Shown here piece after piece: positions 63,497-64,000 of a stretch of DNA of 64,000 nt. The notes under the pieces were generated by a model. That model did no database searches, was not told the DNA's origin, and saw nothing but the letters and a program-made list of their open reading frames with translations. Every line of letters starts with the position of its first letter. Position 1 is the stretch's first letter. This DNA comes from Octopus vulgaris (lineage: Eukaryota): NCBI GenBank assembly GCA_951406725.2, contig OX597818.1, positions 43,524,001-43,588,000 of the forward strand, given 5' to 3'. Position numbers and translations under genes: made by a program.

Positions 63497-63625
63497 TATC
63501 ATCATCATCATTTAATGTCCATTGTCCATGCTGACATGGGTAGAATGGTTTGACCGGGCTGGCATGCTGAAAAAACCGTCCAACCCATGCCAGCATGGAC
63601 AACGGACGTTAAATGATGATGATGA
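63497..63625. repeat. Head-to-head pair of RTE 3' tails forming a hairpin; smaller analogue at about 41500-41565
   Basis: (ATC)n-ttaatgtccattgtccatgctgacatggg ... cccatgccagcatggacaacggacgttaa-(TGA)n. Confidence 0.85.
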
Positions 63626-64000
63626 GCAACCCAACCAAAATAGCAAAAACAAATTTTAAAAACTGACAAATGTACCCGTCATGTTAAGTATATAATTTTG
63701 ATTTGCCACTTAACATAGCTGGAATAATTATTTATATTTTTAATTACCCAAGGTAGGACAAATGCAATTCTTTGTTCAATACCATACATACTGGTGACAA
63801 ACTGGCATAGTAATCAGAGTGTCAGACAGAACGCTTTGTGGCATTTGTTCTAACTCTCAGCACTTGAAGTTCAAATCTCACCAAAGTCATTTTTACCAGT
63901 CACCCTTTCAGGACTGATAAAAAAATATACCAAAGCAGGACAGTGGAGTAATGGGACTGTAAGAATGTCAGACTGGATTCTTGACAGTACTTTTTCTTGC

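Overview
Eukaryotic, AT-rich, repeat-dense DNA. The SINE families and gene architecture suggest an octopus (coleoid cephalopod); this is an inference. Two convergent multi-exon genes can be spliced by hand with GT-AG boundaries and consistent phases. On the + strand, PEX1 (peroxisomal AAA+ ATPase) has 19 coding exons at 2863-37934 (1156 aa; first exon(s) upstream of the window). On the - strand, a complete NCOA4/ARA70 (ferritinophagy receptor) has 6 coding exons at 52290-44820 (555 aa). Most other ORFs in the track are spurious readings of repeats. Introns and flanks hold RTE- and CR1-type LINE remnants, more than 20 copies of an RTE 3'-UTR-derived repeat, four tRNA-derived SINE families, a decayed mariner, mariner- and piggyBac-type MITEs, an internally deleted Helitron and several fold-back insertions. 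Most notable: (1) a TSD-flanked palindrome carrying two inverted minimal hammerhead-ribozyme-like motifs (54360-54563); (2) a 153-bp inverted copy of the local mariner inside a SINE, bracketing the first two NCOA4 coding exons; (3) a CpG-rich purine-pyrimidine-alternating GCGCATGCGC satellite in a PEX1 intron; (4) a rearranged motif order in NCOA4 (LIR-like motif, ferritin-binding-like motif, Cys cluster). No clearly new protein-coding system was found. All identities are by-eye comparisons, not database results.
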